DNA of 52,830 nt. Source: Octopus sinensis. Taxonomy: Eukaryota. Location: NCBI RefSeq assembly GCF_006345805.1, contig NW_021834295.1:1-52830 (forward strand), read 5' to 3'. The position numbers were made by a program, and so were the translations under genes. Below, piece after piece: positions 15,993-29,100 of the stretch. The first letter of the stretch is position 1. Every line of letters begins with the position of its first letter. A model generated the notes under the pieces. It did not search any database and was not told the origin of the DNA. It saw nothing but the letters and a program-made list of their open reading frames with translations.

Positions 15993-16493
15993 CTAGCAGT
16001 GTCGCCCGGCGTTGCTCGGGTTTGTAAGGGAAATAACTATATAAGCATTTTTAGAGAGTTACTTCCCTTATAAATTCGGGCTTTCTTAGCCATTTTGTTT
16101 GGTGTCTTCAAGCCATGAAGTCGTTGTTCTAAAAGAACGCTGGTTTCCTTCAAACGCATTACGACGTTGATTCTTTACACTCCCTTCCCCACAGCTTCAC
16201 GAGGGAGGGAAGGGGGAGAAGCAAACAGGTGCAGCTGTGAGCGTGGACGCCAACTCCGCCGCCATCGACACACGATGCATTTTATGCATTAAAATGGAAT
16301 AAAAAATGATGTTAAAATTTTTAAAATCGTAGACTCATCGTTGACGCGCGCTAATAGTCAGACGGGCTCGATATGAATCACGACTATAAGATACCCGGTT
16401 TTGGTTTTAAACTGCACCGCAAAATGGGGAGTAGTTAGGAATCTAATTCGAAGGGGACAGACACTCACACAACTACAGTTTTACATAAATAGA
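15993..16493 (-). mobile_element. Non-autonomous Helitron-like element
   Basis: On the minus strand: 5' TC...; subterminal hairpin CCCGAGCAACGCCGGG; 3' CTAG followed by T. Confidence 0.7.
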
Positions 16494-16704
16494 TATGATT
16501 TAGATAATGCCCAATTGTTTTAAATACAAACGAAATATAAATAAAGCAAAATATATTAATGCATTTTAACCATTTTCTTAGCACATTTCTGTTGAAAGAC
16601 ACTGACTTTGTTTCAATCAATTTTGAAATTAATGAAGAATTTAGTAAAATAACTCTGTCCTTATTAAACTGGCATTTAGAACAAATTAATTTGAAGTTTA
16701 TTAT

Positions 16705-16714
16705 TAAGCTTATT

Positions 16715-16749
<35 letters not shown>

Positions 16750-17029
16750 TATCAATATTATTATTATTATTATTCTTATTATTATTAGTATTATTATTAC
16801 TATTATTATTGTTCTTAAGTTTATTATTAAGCTGGCGTTTAGAACAAATTAATTTCAAGTTTATTATTAAGCATATTATTATTATTATTATTATTATTAT
16901 CATTGTTATTATTATCATTATCATTATTATTATCATTATTATTATCAGTATTATTATTATCATTATTATTATTATTATTATCATTATTATCATTATTATT
17001 ATTATCATCATTATTATCATTATTATCAC

Positions 17030-17065
<36 letters not shown>

Positions 17066-17081
17066 TATCATTATTATTATT

Positions 17082-17113
<32 letters not shown>

Positions 17114-17310
17114 CATTATTTCATTATTATTATTATTATATTATTATCATTATTATCATTATTATTATATTATCATATTATCATTATTATTATTATTATC
17201 ATTATTATTATTATTATTATCATTATTATTATCATTATTATTATTATTATTGTCATTATTATCATCATCATCATCATCATCATCATCATAATTATATTAT
17301 TATTATCATT
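16705..17310. repeat. (ATT)n/(ATC)n microsatellite array
   Basis: Direct inspection. Confidence 0.9.
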
Positions 17311-17454
17311 AAATTTATTATTAAGCTGGCGTTTAGAACAAATTAATTTGAAGTTTTGATGGATGGTTTTAATCCTTTTTCTGTTTTTTTTACAACATTT
17401 CTGTTGTAATACATTGTCTTTCATCAACATCATCCGCATCAGCGTCAGCATCCT

Positions 17455-19015
17455 TTAACATTCGTTTTCCATGCTGGCATGGGTTGGACGTTTTCACCTC
17501 AGCTGTCAAGCTGGAGAACAGCACGAGGTTTGGGTTCTACAGCTGGATACGCTTTCTACAGTGTTTGTGGCGTGGTTTTAATGTGCCACTGGCGCGATCA
17601 CCTTTTCGTGGCACTGGTATGGGTTATTTTTACGTGGCACCAGCAAGGGACTCTTGGAGATCATTCCTTTGCACCAGGGGCTGCGGCTTTAACACTTCTG
17701 TTGTGGAGGGCAGGTCTTGAGTACAAGAAGGCCCCAGGTTATCTCAATCCTTTGTCATCTTGCCTGAAAAGTTTTGCTTCCTGAGGGTGTCTTTCAGTAC
17801 TCCGACCTGTCTTCCTAGGTCTCCTACTTCCACGAGTTTTATCCACTTTGAGGGAACGTCACTTCTTTATGAAGCTGTCGGTATCCATCTGCATCTCATG
17901 ACCAAACTCAGGCAGTCTTCTCTCTTGCACACTGCATCTAATCCCTCTTATACCTAACTTCGCCTTCAGCAGATTAACAATCTGTCGTGTATGTACACTT
18001 ACATTACACATTCAGAGGAGTATACTACCCTCATCCTCTGTAGCCATCGCATGTCCTCTGCTTCCAGGCCCCACGTCTTGCTACCGTGTACAATTGCGGT
18101 TCGTATGCATGCATCACATTCGCTTCTTTTCACTAGATCAGAGAAATATTTCGTTGCCAACGGAGCTAAAAACTCTCTAAATTTTCTCTATCCAATTCTT
18201 ATTCTAGCTATTGTACTTGTAGTATATTCTCCCCCACTACTAATTTGATCCCCTAGTTAGCAGGAATTATCCACTACCTTTCAAGAACCTCAAGGACATC
18301 TAAAAAAATCAATCTCATGAATATCTATAATTTTTACGGTTCGTATGCATTTTCTACATATGAACACTACTTTCTCTGATAACCTTCCTATCATTCCACT
18401 GTACCCTTGTATGTCCATAGCTTACACACACTATACCATATGGAATTCCTGCCTACACCTTTCCTGCAAATCGGGCAGGGCCATATACCTGAAGTGGGTA
18501 GTGTCTTGTCTGTTTTCTTGCTTAGTTAACCTTAAGGCCCTTAGATTCCAGGCTGTGCTTCCATACTCGGAATTTCTTTTCTAGCGCTGATATAGAATGA
18601 GGGCAAGATAGTCAGTATAAAGTACTTCCCAAAGGCCGACAGCCTTGAATTCCTCTGTTATTGCCTGGAGGACAATAATGAAAAGTAGGGGACTAACGAT
18701 TGAGCCTAGATGAACACCAAATTCTTTGCTTTTCTCGTGGTTAATTCTCAACTTACTGACAGCGCACAGTAGATGTGCTTTATCGAAGGCTTTCTATAGT
18801 TCATTTTGTATGTCTTGACGTTCTGAGTTCAAATTCCTCGGAGGTCGACTTTGCCTTTCATCCTTTCTGAGTAATGGTATATTCTTGGCTAAGTATTTCT
18901 CTTGAAGTTGCCTGACTATAGAAATAGCCTCAGCCGTACTTCTCCCCAGGGTAAAACCGAGCTGCATTTTGTCTAACCTATATCTTCTCCAAACTGGTTG
19001 GGCAATAATTTTCAA
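17455..19015 (-). mobile_element. Degenerate RTE LINE (RT to 3' end)
   Basis: [20 protein letters not shown] and [15 protein letters not shown] segments homologous to the 26788-28626 ORF; RTE 3' tail ttttccatgctggcatgggttggacg. Confidence 0.8.
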
Positions 19016-19046
19016 GGCTTTTTTTCAATCTCCATCAATGTTGTTT

Positions 19047-19445
19047 TTAGGCGGGACCTTTCGCTACTTTTGGAACGTTGGTTGAAACGATTTGCAGCCT
19101 TTGTCCGTCTCTCATGAGGATCTTCCTCTCCCTTGGAATCTCCTTCTTTTTTGTGTTAGCCTTGTGCTCTGGGACATATTTCTGGCATATGGCTTGCATA
19201 ACAGACATGAGATATTCTAGTTTCATGCCAATGTCTGGTGTGAAGAGACATTTTGGCCAGTACCATCTGAGGATCTCTTTTTGGATCAATTTCCAGGCTA
19301 CTTTGAAGAAGTTCAGATTGGAGAGATTTTGGGTGCTTTTCGTGGTCAGCTGTGAGTTTCCTTTTCTAGATTTTGGATGAAGGCTAATGTAAAAATATTG
19401 GCTGAGACAAATAGAAACTGTATATTGACTGACAATTGTGTCCAC
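19047..19445 (-). mobile_element. LINE ORF2 fragment (endonuclease-RT linker, CR1/L2-like)
   Basis: FKVAWKLIQKEIL...MQAICQKYVPEHKA...EIPRERKILMR resembles non-LTR linker regions; family not certain. Confidence 0.4.
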
Positions 19446-19630
19446 AAGGAGGTTCTACTTGAAAACAAAATGTGCATTTTAAGTAAGTTTCACAAAATGG
19501 AATTTACAACTTTCATTTTTTGAAAAATTCCACAGGATATTTAAACTATATAACAATGGAAGTGTTTAGGGAGATGCTGGGACTTACAACAACAACAACA
19601 ACAACAACAAATGAAATTTCAAAGTTTGTC

Positions 19631-19636
19631 TTTATT
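19631..19636 (-). terminator. Candidate polyadenylation signal AATAAA
   Basis: About 250 nt after the stop codon, followed by a (TTG)n GU-rich tract; no transcript evidence. Confidence 0.3.
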
Positions 19637-19882
19637 TCCACAGTTAATCTCAAACAACGAGGGAGCCAAACCAATAAAGGGGTCTGCATGTGGTAGATAG
19701 ATCTGCTAGAATTAGTAACCAAATCCTACTCTATTCAAAACCTATCACCTTAAAGAAGGACACATTTAACAATGTGGTTCTGTTCTCTATACTTAGGGAA
19801 AAGACAGGATGGTCCTGGATGGAAGGCATTTGATAATAGGTCTGTGGTGAAGATAGATGTGGGACTAAGCAACAGCAACAAT

Positions 19883-20100
19883 TTACAAAGAAATTCGATT
19901 GAATTCTGATGATAAACATTCAATTGCACTGAAACAGTCAGTTCTTTCAAGAGCTGCTTTTAATATTCGAAGTGTACGTTTCTCTGGGTCATTGCTTCGA
20001 CACCATTTGAGCAGCATCTGGAAACCTTGTTCCACAACGCTATGAGAATGGTCAAACTTGATGATTTCCAGGTCATGTTGTTTAATTCCTAATTCCCTTC
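19883..20100 (-). CDS. Exon 11, rest of death domain and stop
   Basis: tcttttgcag|GA AGG GAA TTA; [17 protein letters not shown]...[10 protein letters not shown]...LKAALE; TAA at 19885-19883. Confidence 0.9.
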
Positions 20101-23100
20101 CTGCAAAAGAAATAAGAAATAATTGCAACAGCATTAATGATAATATAAAATCTGTATTAATTACGACAAAGAAATTATGTGAATAGAAGAGTGAGAGATA
20201 CTTAAGAAACAGGGAAATTAGAAGACATTGTTATCTATTTCTAAAGATGTTGATAAAAATAGCAAAGAATTTGAAAAAAAGGCTGGAGAAGAAGAAGAAT
20301 ATTTTTAAAAATTAATTGAAAATTACACAAGAGAAAATGCCTGGTGAACAACTGGCAGAAGAAGTGTATGAGAGCCTAAAGAATCAACAAAGACCACCAA
20401 TAGTTAGATAATTTTATCCATCTGTCCATCTTCTCTGGGCTCTATTCATAGGAGAGTTTTAGGGGTAGAGTCTTCAGGCACCTCCTTCATGCAATTCTAT
20501 CAGAAGCAACCTTCATTAGAAGTTCTGAAAGGATTTCCAAACATGACCAATTGAAACTATGGATATCATCCAACCATCTCATTCTTGCTCTACCCCTAGG
20601 TCTCCTGTCGGTTGGCTCAGCTTGAAGAATCCTCTTGTGGTTCTTTCCTGTGACATTTTAATCACATGCCAGAGTACTGGAGCTGTGAATTCTCAATGCA
20701 GAGAAGCAGTCGCTTGACCTGGAGAGACCTCAAATCTCCAGCCTGCACACCTTGTTGAGTAACGTTACTCCAGAGACTCTTTGGGGGAATACAATCGCAG
20801 TCGTTTGATAACACCCTGTGATCAATGCCTGAAATAGTCATTTGTGATGTCTTTCCACCTATGATTAATAGAAATTTCAAAATTATCAACATTTAAAAAT
20901 ATTTCAAAAATAGGGATTGTGAACCTAAATGATTTCAACCACAGAAAGTAAAAATAAAATACTGTTAGGTAAATATCACATATTATAGAGGGCACTGGCT
21001 TAAGGTTTTTGGATTCATGACTTATAACAAGAACTTCTTTCACTGGATCAAGGCCACAATTTCAAAGTATTTAATACAGGAGAGGCCTTAGCAATGAGAA
21101 GAGTTTTAGTTTGTAGGCAATAAGACAAGAATCACCAACATCTACGCCATACACCTACAACACTTGGGTCCTGAAAGAATCACTGCATCCACAAACAAGC
21201 AAGTTTACAGGGAGGGCAGGTTAAGGTTAGGGAAGGACTTTGTAAGTAGCAGATATACAGGAATAGTTTGTAGTAGGAACAAGTAATAAAGACATAGTTG
21301 ATAGTTTCTGTTACCTAAGAGACAGAATTAGAAGTGGAGGAGACTATTCTGAAAGCACAGTAGTTAGAAGGAAAATGAGATGAAAAATGTACAGGGAGCT
21401 GTTAGGTCTACTGGCAACTAAGGGATTCTGTCTCCAAATGAAGGAGAGATTGCAATGTTACATGGAATGTGGAGGATGCGTGGAAACTGGCAGGAAATGA
21501 GATGAGCACACATCACTAAATGTGTAATGTTAATGTGTTGAAAATGTGGAGCCAAAAAACTGGGTCTCAGAAGAATCTGTGATAGTGTACAAGAAAAAAG
21601 ATAATGGTATAGATATAGAAGGGACATGGAGGATGAAATTTGGATAAAGAAATGCCTGGAAATCAAGTTGAAGGAAACAAGCGATCAAACTGGACAAAGG
21701 ACCACAACGACTCTGGGAGAAATCGTCTGACCATTACAAACTTAGAAAAATGGATGTAAGGTGATGATGATAATGGACCTGGTGTTAGTGGATTGATTTT
21801 TGCCCAGTATATGACTGGTACATTTTGTATGACTCCCCAAGATATAGCAAGCTGACAATGTTGTAGATGATGTCCATTCTTAATTTAGATAAGTCATTTC
21901 TGAGTGCGAACTTCCATGCTACATGGCAGTGAAACATGGGCCATGACTGCTGAGGACATGTTGGACATGAGAAGCATTAAACATGGTGTGCAAGAGAGAT
22001 GACTACGCTGGTATGGTCATGTGTTACGTATGGATGAGGACAACTGTGTGAAGAAGTGCCACTTCCTAACTGTAGAAGGAACCTGTAGAAGAGGTATATC
22101 CAGGAAGACATGGGATGAGATGATGAAGCATGGCCTTCGAACATTGGGCCTCACAGGGGCAATGACAGGAGACCAAGATTTGGGAAATATGCTGTGATTG
22201 AGAAAACCCGGCAACTAAAATGAGATCGTAGCCATGGCCAATGCCAGTGTTGTATGTCCGGCCCATTTAAGAGCACCCTCGATGCATTGGGTGATATGAT
22301 ATGCTTGAGAAGACCTGTTGAGTCAAGTAAAACCAAAATTGCAGCTGTGGCCAGTGCCCCCTGACTAGCCCTCGTTCTGGTGGCACATGAAAGCCATCAT
22401 CTGAATGTAGTCAATGCCAGTGTGATCTGACTGACTCCATGTGCTGGTGGCACGTAAAAAGGACCATCCAAATATGATCGATGCCAGGACCACCTGACTG
22501 ACTTCCATGCTGGCGGCACATAAAAAGCACCCACTACACACTCAGAGCGGTTGGCATTAGGAAGGGCATCCAGCTGTAGAAACACTACCAGATCAGATTG
22601 GAGCCTGGTGCAGCCATTGGCTCTCCAGACTTCAGTCAAACCGTCCAACTCATACCAGCATGGAAAATGGATGTCAAATGATGATGATGATGATTTATAT
22701 CAGCTGACTCAGAGGATATTATCATGATCTCTTGAGTCAAGTCTAGTCCCCAGTATAGCTCAAAAGTGCTTGAAAAGATGTTTCTCTATGCTGCAGTCTA
22801 TCTAGATGTATATAGGTACCATAGGGAGGTAGAAGACATTGCTGTAAATAATAGTATAAATGATATTTTATGTTGTTAAACTGTCAGACAAGGGGAAATG
22901 GGATATTGTGATGTTCATGCCTTTCCATGTGACATTTGTAATGTAAAGGAGAGTGAAATGATTTCAATTGAGAAACAAAATTGAGTTGAGTTTGAATTTT
23001 CTGTTGAGATTCTTTTTTTGTAATATAAGAGAGTGTTTCATTAACTTACAATGCTGAGTTCAATCCAGCCATGAACACAATCGACAATGGGGCCTGTCTT

Positions 23101-26100
23101 CTATAGAGACAGGAAATATATTTTGACCTGGGACTAAAGAATTACAATAAATATAGAAAAACACAGATTGGCCAGGGGAGAGACGACATGTCCCACACAA
23201 TGCACACTCTCATGTTAAAAAGTTTGCATTTGATAATGTGGTCCTCTTCACCCAAGAGAAAACATGATGGCACATCTGGAACCCTTTCCCCTTAATTCTG
23301 CCAGATTAAGGGAGATATCTGCCTCAACCTACCAGTAAAATTACTAAAAGTGTAAACAAGCAAAAACATTGTCATTAATTCACCTGTTTACTCTTAAATG
23401 ACAATATTTTTGAGTCCCCTTTTACAAATGACAGTATTAACTCTACTGGACCTTCTAATTTATACATTTTACAACCGTGCTGACGTCCGAAGATATTTTA
23501 TGAAATTTCAGTGATAGCTTTACTTTATAGCTAAACTTTCAATTGGAAATTAGGAATGGAACCGGTTCTCAGTCATTCAAACAAACAGAAGTTTAGCTGA
23601 AAGCAAAATTTATAGAAATTAATTGGGTATTTTATACTCACCAAGTTCCTGCCATTTACCTGCCAACTTTTGGGACACCCTATGAAGATGAATCTCCTCT
23701 ACCGTTACAGAATCTGAAATAAATATTTCCAAATTTTACACTTCATAGCACAATTTCCCTATCTCTGTTAATGGTTTATATTTTATTATTGTAAGACATT
23801 CCTATCATCAATGGACAACTGCTGACCACTATAGGTTTGGTTGATAGTTTTATACTTTCTACCGTGGTCTTATATAATGGCTCAATATTTAGGCCCATAA
23901 TAAAATAGACTGACCTTCCTAAGCCTCCTTTTTCTCTTAAGACATCCTACTTAATCTAACAATGTTGCAATCATCTTATTTAATGATCACATGTATCTCT
24001 TGTATCCATGCTAAACCTATGACATGGCATTGTCCCCTCACCACTGGACTTCACTAATCAACATTCCCCTCTTCTTTTGCTTAATTCTGATGTCAACCAA
24101 GCTGGTCATCAACGACCTTGACACAAACTCATGTCACAGCTGTTATCTTTGTCAAACTTTGCTGCTTTTAATCTTTAATTTTAAACTATGCAACTCAAAG
24201 TTCACCAGAATTTCATCTGATACAGGAAATATCTAAAGACACCTTAATGAAATAGTTTCCTTTCCTGATGAGCAATGATTAGTTCTACACAGGTAAAACA
24301 GAAAGTGATAACAAGTATCCTAAAACTGTATACTTGCACAAAACATCTTAAATGAAACACAAATGTTCATACACCGATTATTGCAAAGGAAAAATATCTG
24401 AAATGGTATATAAGAAATGATATTCAAGAATATATAATCAAGGTGGTGATATAGAAAACAATGAGATGAGAGAAAAGTGAATGTGTCTCATTATGGGGAG
24501 AGAATCGTTTCAGGATTTATATTTTATCTTTTTTTCTATATTTTCCTTATCGTGAGGGACCTTTTTCCTATGTCTCATGATTCCATATTTCGATAAAAAT
24601 CCCTTTATTGTATATTCTTGCATTTGTAGGTAGTGAATAGAATTAATTTTATCACTAACCATTTGAAAGAAATGTAAGAATGGAACCTGTTCTCAGTCAT
24701 TCACACAAATAATATATTTCAGGTGAAGGTAAAATTTATAGAAATTTATTACAGTTATTTTATACTCACCAACAGACTCTACAACCGCCTTGACTGCTTT
24801 CTCTTTACACTTTGGACACACTGAAATAAGAATTGGAAATTAAGAATGGAACCTGTTCTCAGACATTCACACAAATAATATATTTCAGGTGAAGGTAAAA
24901 TTTATAGAAATTTATTACTGTTATTTTATACTCACCAACAGACTCTACAACCGCCTGGACTGCTTTCTCTTCAGACTTTGGACACACTGAAAAAAGAATT
25001 GGAAATTAAGAATGGAACCTGTTCTCAGTCATTCACACAAATAATATATTTCAGGTGAAGGTAAAATTTATAGAAATCAATTACAGTTATTTTATACTCA
25101 CCAACAGACTCTACAACCGCCTGGACTGCTTTCTCTTCAGACTTTGGACACACTGAAAAAAGAATTGGAAATTAAGAATGGAACCTGTTCTCAGACATTC
25201 ACACAAATAATATATCTCAGGTGAAGGTAAAATTTATAGAAATTTATTACAGTTATTTTATACTCACCAACAGACTCTACAACCGCCTGGACTGCTTTCT
25301 CTTCAGACTTTGGACACTCTGAAATAAGAATTGGAAATTAAAAATGGAACCTGTTCTCAGACATTCACACAAATAATATATTTCAGGTGAAAGTAAAATT
25401 TATAGAAATCAATTACAGTTATTTTATACTCACCAACAGACTCTGCAACTGCCTGGGCTGCTTCTTCTTCAAACTTTGGACACACTGAAATAAGCATTTC
25501 AAAGTTTTATACTTCATAGTAAAATTTGTTTGTCTCTTTTAATAATCTATATTCCATTATTGTAAGGCATTCATATCCTCAATAGTCAATTGGTGACCAC
25601 TATGCTTTCGGTCAACACTTTCTAAGCTGTTACTATATAATAGTTCAATATTTAGAACCACAACAAAATAGGCAAACCTTTCTAAATCTCATCTTTCTCT
25701 TAAGACATCCTATATACTAATCTAACAATTCTGAAATTCTCTCACTTAGTAATCACTTCATAACACTCTTTTTCTCTTAGTTTTGTTGTTTCTTTCTTAT
25801 GTCTTTGCTAGACAAGTTTAACGCAAAATTTCACATTGGTTATTTGTTCCTGCCCATTAGAAAATTGCAGACTACAGCCTACAAATGACCACAAAAGCAC
25901 AAATTTCACAACTTTTGAAGTAAACGCAGTGGTGTCACCCAGCACACTGCCTCATGAAAGTCATTGCTAGCTCTCACTGTGCGCGCAACGGTGTGCTGCC
26001 ATCTGTTGGCATGCTACAGAACTAGTCCGTGAACTTTCTGATACTACCTTGGAGCAATGACCAGGCTTCATGTTCGAATTAAAACGAATCAACTCAAAAG

Positions 26101-29100
26101 TAAAGCCAAAAGGTGAAAGAGTCAGAAAACAATGTCTCTTTTAGCATTAATCACATCTAAAAACTAACGAGTGTGAGTATAAAATGTCTAAAAGGATGGC
26201 AAACATTATCATCATCATTTAGCGTCCGCTTTCCATGCTAGCATGGGTTGGACGGTTCAACTGGGTTCTGTGAAGCCAGAAGGCTGCATCAGGCCCAGTC
26301 TGATCTGGCAGTGTTTCTACGGCTGGATGCCCTTCCTAACGCCAACAACTCTGTGAGTGTAGTGGGTGCTTTTTACGTGCCACCGGCATGGGGGCCAGGC
26401 AAGGCTGGCAACGGCCTCGATCAGATGGTGCTTTTTATGTGCCACCGGCACGGAGGCCAGGCGAGGCTGGCAACGGCCACGAATGGATGGTGCTTTTTAC
26501 GTGCCACCGGCACGGAGGCCAGTCGGGGCGGCACTGGCAACGGCCACAATCGGATGGTTTGCTTACTTGTCACCGGCACTGGTATCACAGCTGCAATTTC
26601 CATTGATGTTGATCGACTTCGATTTTGGTTCTGCTTTCTGATATCTGATTTGATTTGGTTTGATTTTGATTTTGATTTTCACTTGCCTCAACGGGTCTTC
26701 ACAAGTGGAGTTTTGTGTCCCAAGAAGGAAAGGTATGTATAAGTCGACTGGCTACATACAAGGTAGAGGCCACGGGTTATGGTCTCACTAGTCTTGCTGG
26801 GCCTTCTCACGCACAGCATACTTCCACAGGTCTCGGTCTCTAGTCATTTCCTTGGTGAGACCTAAAGTTTGAAGGTCGTGCTTCACCACCTCGTCCCAGG
26901 TTTTCCTGGGTCTACCTCTTCCACAGGTTCCCTCAACCGCTAGGGTATGGCACTTTTGCACACAACTATCTTCAGCCATTCTCGTCACATGACCATACCA
27001 GCGCAAACGTCTCTCTTGCACACCACAACTGATGCTTCTTAGGTACAACATTTCTCTCAAGGTACTGACACTCTGTCGGGTATGAACACTGACATTACAC
27101 ATCCATAGGAGCATACTGGCTTCATTTCTTGCGAGCTTACGCATATCCTCAGCAGTCACGGCCCATGTTTCACTACCATGTAGCATGGCTGTTCGTACAC
27201 ATGCATCATACAGTCTGCCTTTTACTCTGAGCGAGAGGCCTTTTGTCACCAGCAGGGGTAAGAGCTTTCTGAACTTAACCCAGGCTATTTTTACTTTAGC
27301 AGTTACACTTTCAGCACACCCACCCCCGCTACTGACTTGGTCAACTAGGTAGCGGAAGCTATCCACTACTTCTAGTTTTTCTACCTGGAACGTGGTAGAA
27401 GTTAGTCTCTGCACATTTTCAGTGTTTATTGCTCCTGAGCATCTGCCACAAACAAAAACTATTTTCCTAGTTAGCCTTCCTTTGACATTGCTGCACCTCT
27501 TATGTGTCCATAGCTTACACTTGGTGCATCTTATAGAGTTTCTACCTACACCTTTTCTACAGATCAAGCAGGGCCATCTACCTGAAGGCGTTTGTGATTG
27601 GTCTACCTTCCTACTTATTAGGACTTTGGTTTTGGCTAGGTTGATTCTAAGGCCCTTCGATTCTAATCCTTGCTTCCACACCTGAAACTTCTCCTCCAGT
27701 TCTGATAGTGACTCAGCAATTAGAGCAAGGTCATCAGCATAGAGGAGCTCCCAGGGGCATCCTGTCTTGAATTCCTCCGTTATTGCCTGGAGGACTATGA
27801 TAAATAGGAGGGGACTAAGGACTGAACCTTGGTGGACCCCAACCTCTACCCTGAATTCTTCACTGTACTCGTTGCCAACCCTCACCTTACTAGCAGCATC
27901 TCTGTACATGGCTTGTACAGCTCTCACTAACCATTCATCTATCCCTAGTTTCCTCATTGACCACCAGATAAGGGATCGGGGGACCCTGTCGAAGGCTTTC
28001 TCCATGTCAACAAAAGCCAGGTACAGGGGCTTATCTTTAGCTAGGTATTTCTCCTGCAGCTGTCTTACCAGGAATACAGCATCAGTGGTACTTTTCCCTG
28101 GCACGAACCCAAACTGCATCTCATCTAAGCTAACTCTCTCTCTAATTAGTTGGGCTATAACCCTCTCCGTAACCTTCATTACCTGATCCAGCAGCTTGAT
28201 ACACCTGTAGTTATTTGTATCTAGGGCATCACCTTTACCTTTGTAGCAGTTGACTATTATGCTGCTACACCAGTCATTGGGTATGACTCCTTCGTGTATC
28301 ACCTGGTAAACTATACGGGTGACTAGGCTATAGCCGACACTACCAGATATTTTGAGCATCTCTGCAGTAATTTCTGATGGGCCTGGGGCTTTCCCTGTCT
28401 TCATGCTTGTAATTGCCTTAACTACTAAGGAACTGTCAACTCGGATTGCTGGTCCCCCTGTTGGGTTGACATTCGGCAGACTCTCTTTATCCCATTCATT
28501 TTCCTCATTCAGCAACCTTTCATAGTGGCGTCTCCAAACCTCTCTCTTTGCATCCTCATTTAGCGCAAGTGAACCGTCATCCTTTCGAACACATTTCTCT
28601 CCTACGACATCACGATTCTCTCTCACACACTGTCTTGCAACACGAAATACCTCAAGTCTTTCATTCTCATGGCGCAGAACATTGGAAAAGTTTTTTCTTA
28701 TCTGCTTCCCCTCTGGCTAAATACACCTGCCTCCTAGCTTCCCTTCTGGCAGTCTGATACACTTCCCTGCTACCACCGTTCTTCCAGTACTTCCAAGCCT
28801 GTTTCTTTTGTCTAATAGCCCTGTCAACAATATTTTTCCACCACCACGTTATTTTGGGTCTTGAGGGGACTTTGTACCAGCCACAGATCTGGTCAGTGGC
28901 TTTCAGCAGGTTGTCCCTTAAAAGCGTCCAGTTGTCTTCTACCCCATGTGAAGCTATACCCCCTTCTATTTCGTCAAAGACTTCAAGTAACATATCTCTA
29001 AATCTCTGTCCATTCGCAGTGTTAATCATATATAGTTACAAAGAAGGAGTTGCATGTCTCCACTACAATATGAAGTGCATTATTCCATACCAGAAAGTTA

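Larger units (their letters stand above)
24679..25494. repeat. 5 x 166-bp tandem repeat (exon-bearing minisatellite)
   Basis: Anchor aatggaacctgttctcag at 24679, 24845, 25011, 25177, 25343 (period exactly 166). Confidence 0.95.

Noticed and set aside
24714-24735. Plus-strand tttcag|GTGAAG|gtaaaa in each 166-bp unit as a 6-nt microexon
   Set aside because: There is no plus-strand gene context and the pyrimidine tract is weak; likely chance, copied with the unit.
24679-25494. Regularly spaced repeat array as a CRISPR
   Set aside because: Whole 166-bp units repeat with no unique spacers, there are no cas genes, the context is eukaryotic, and the units are explained as exon plus intron.
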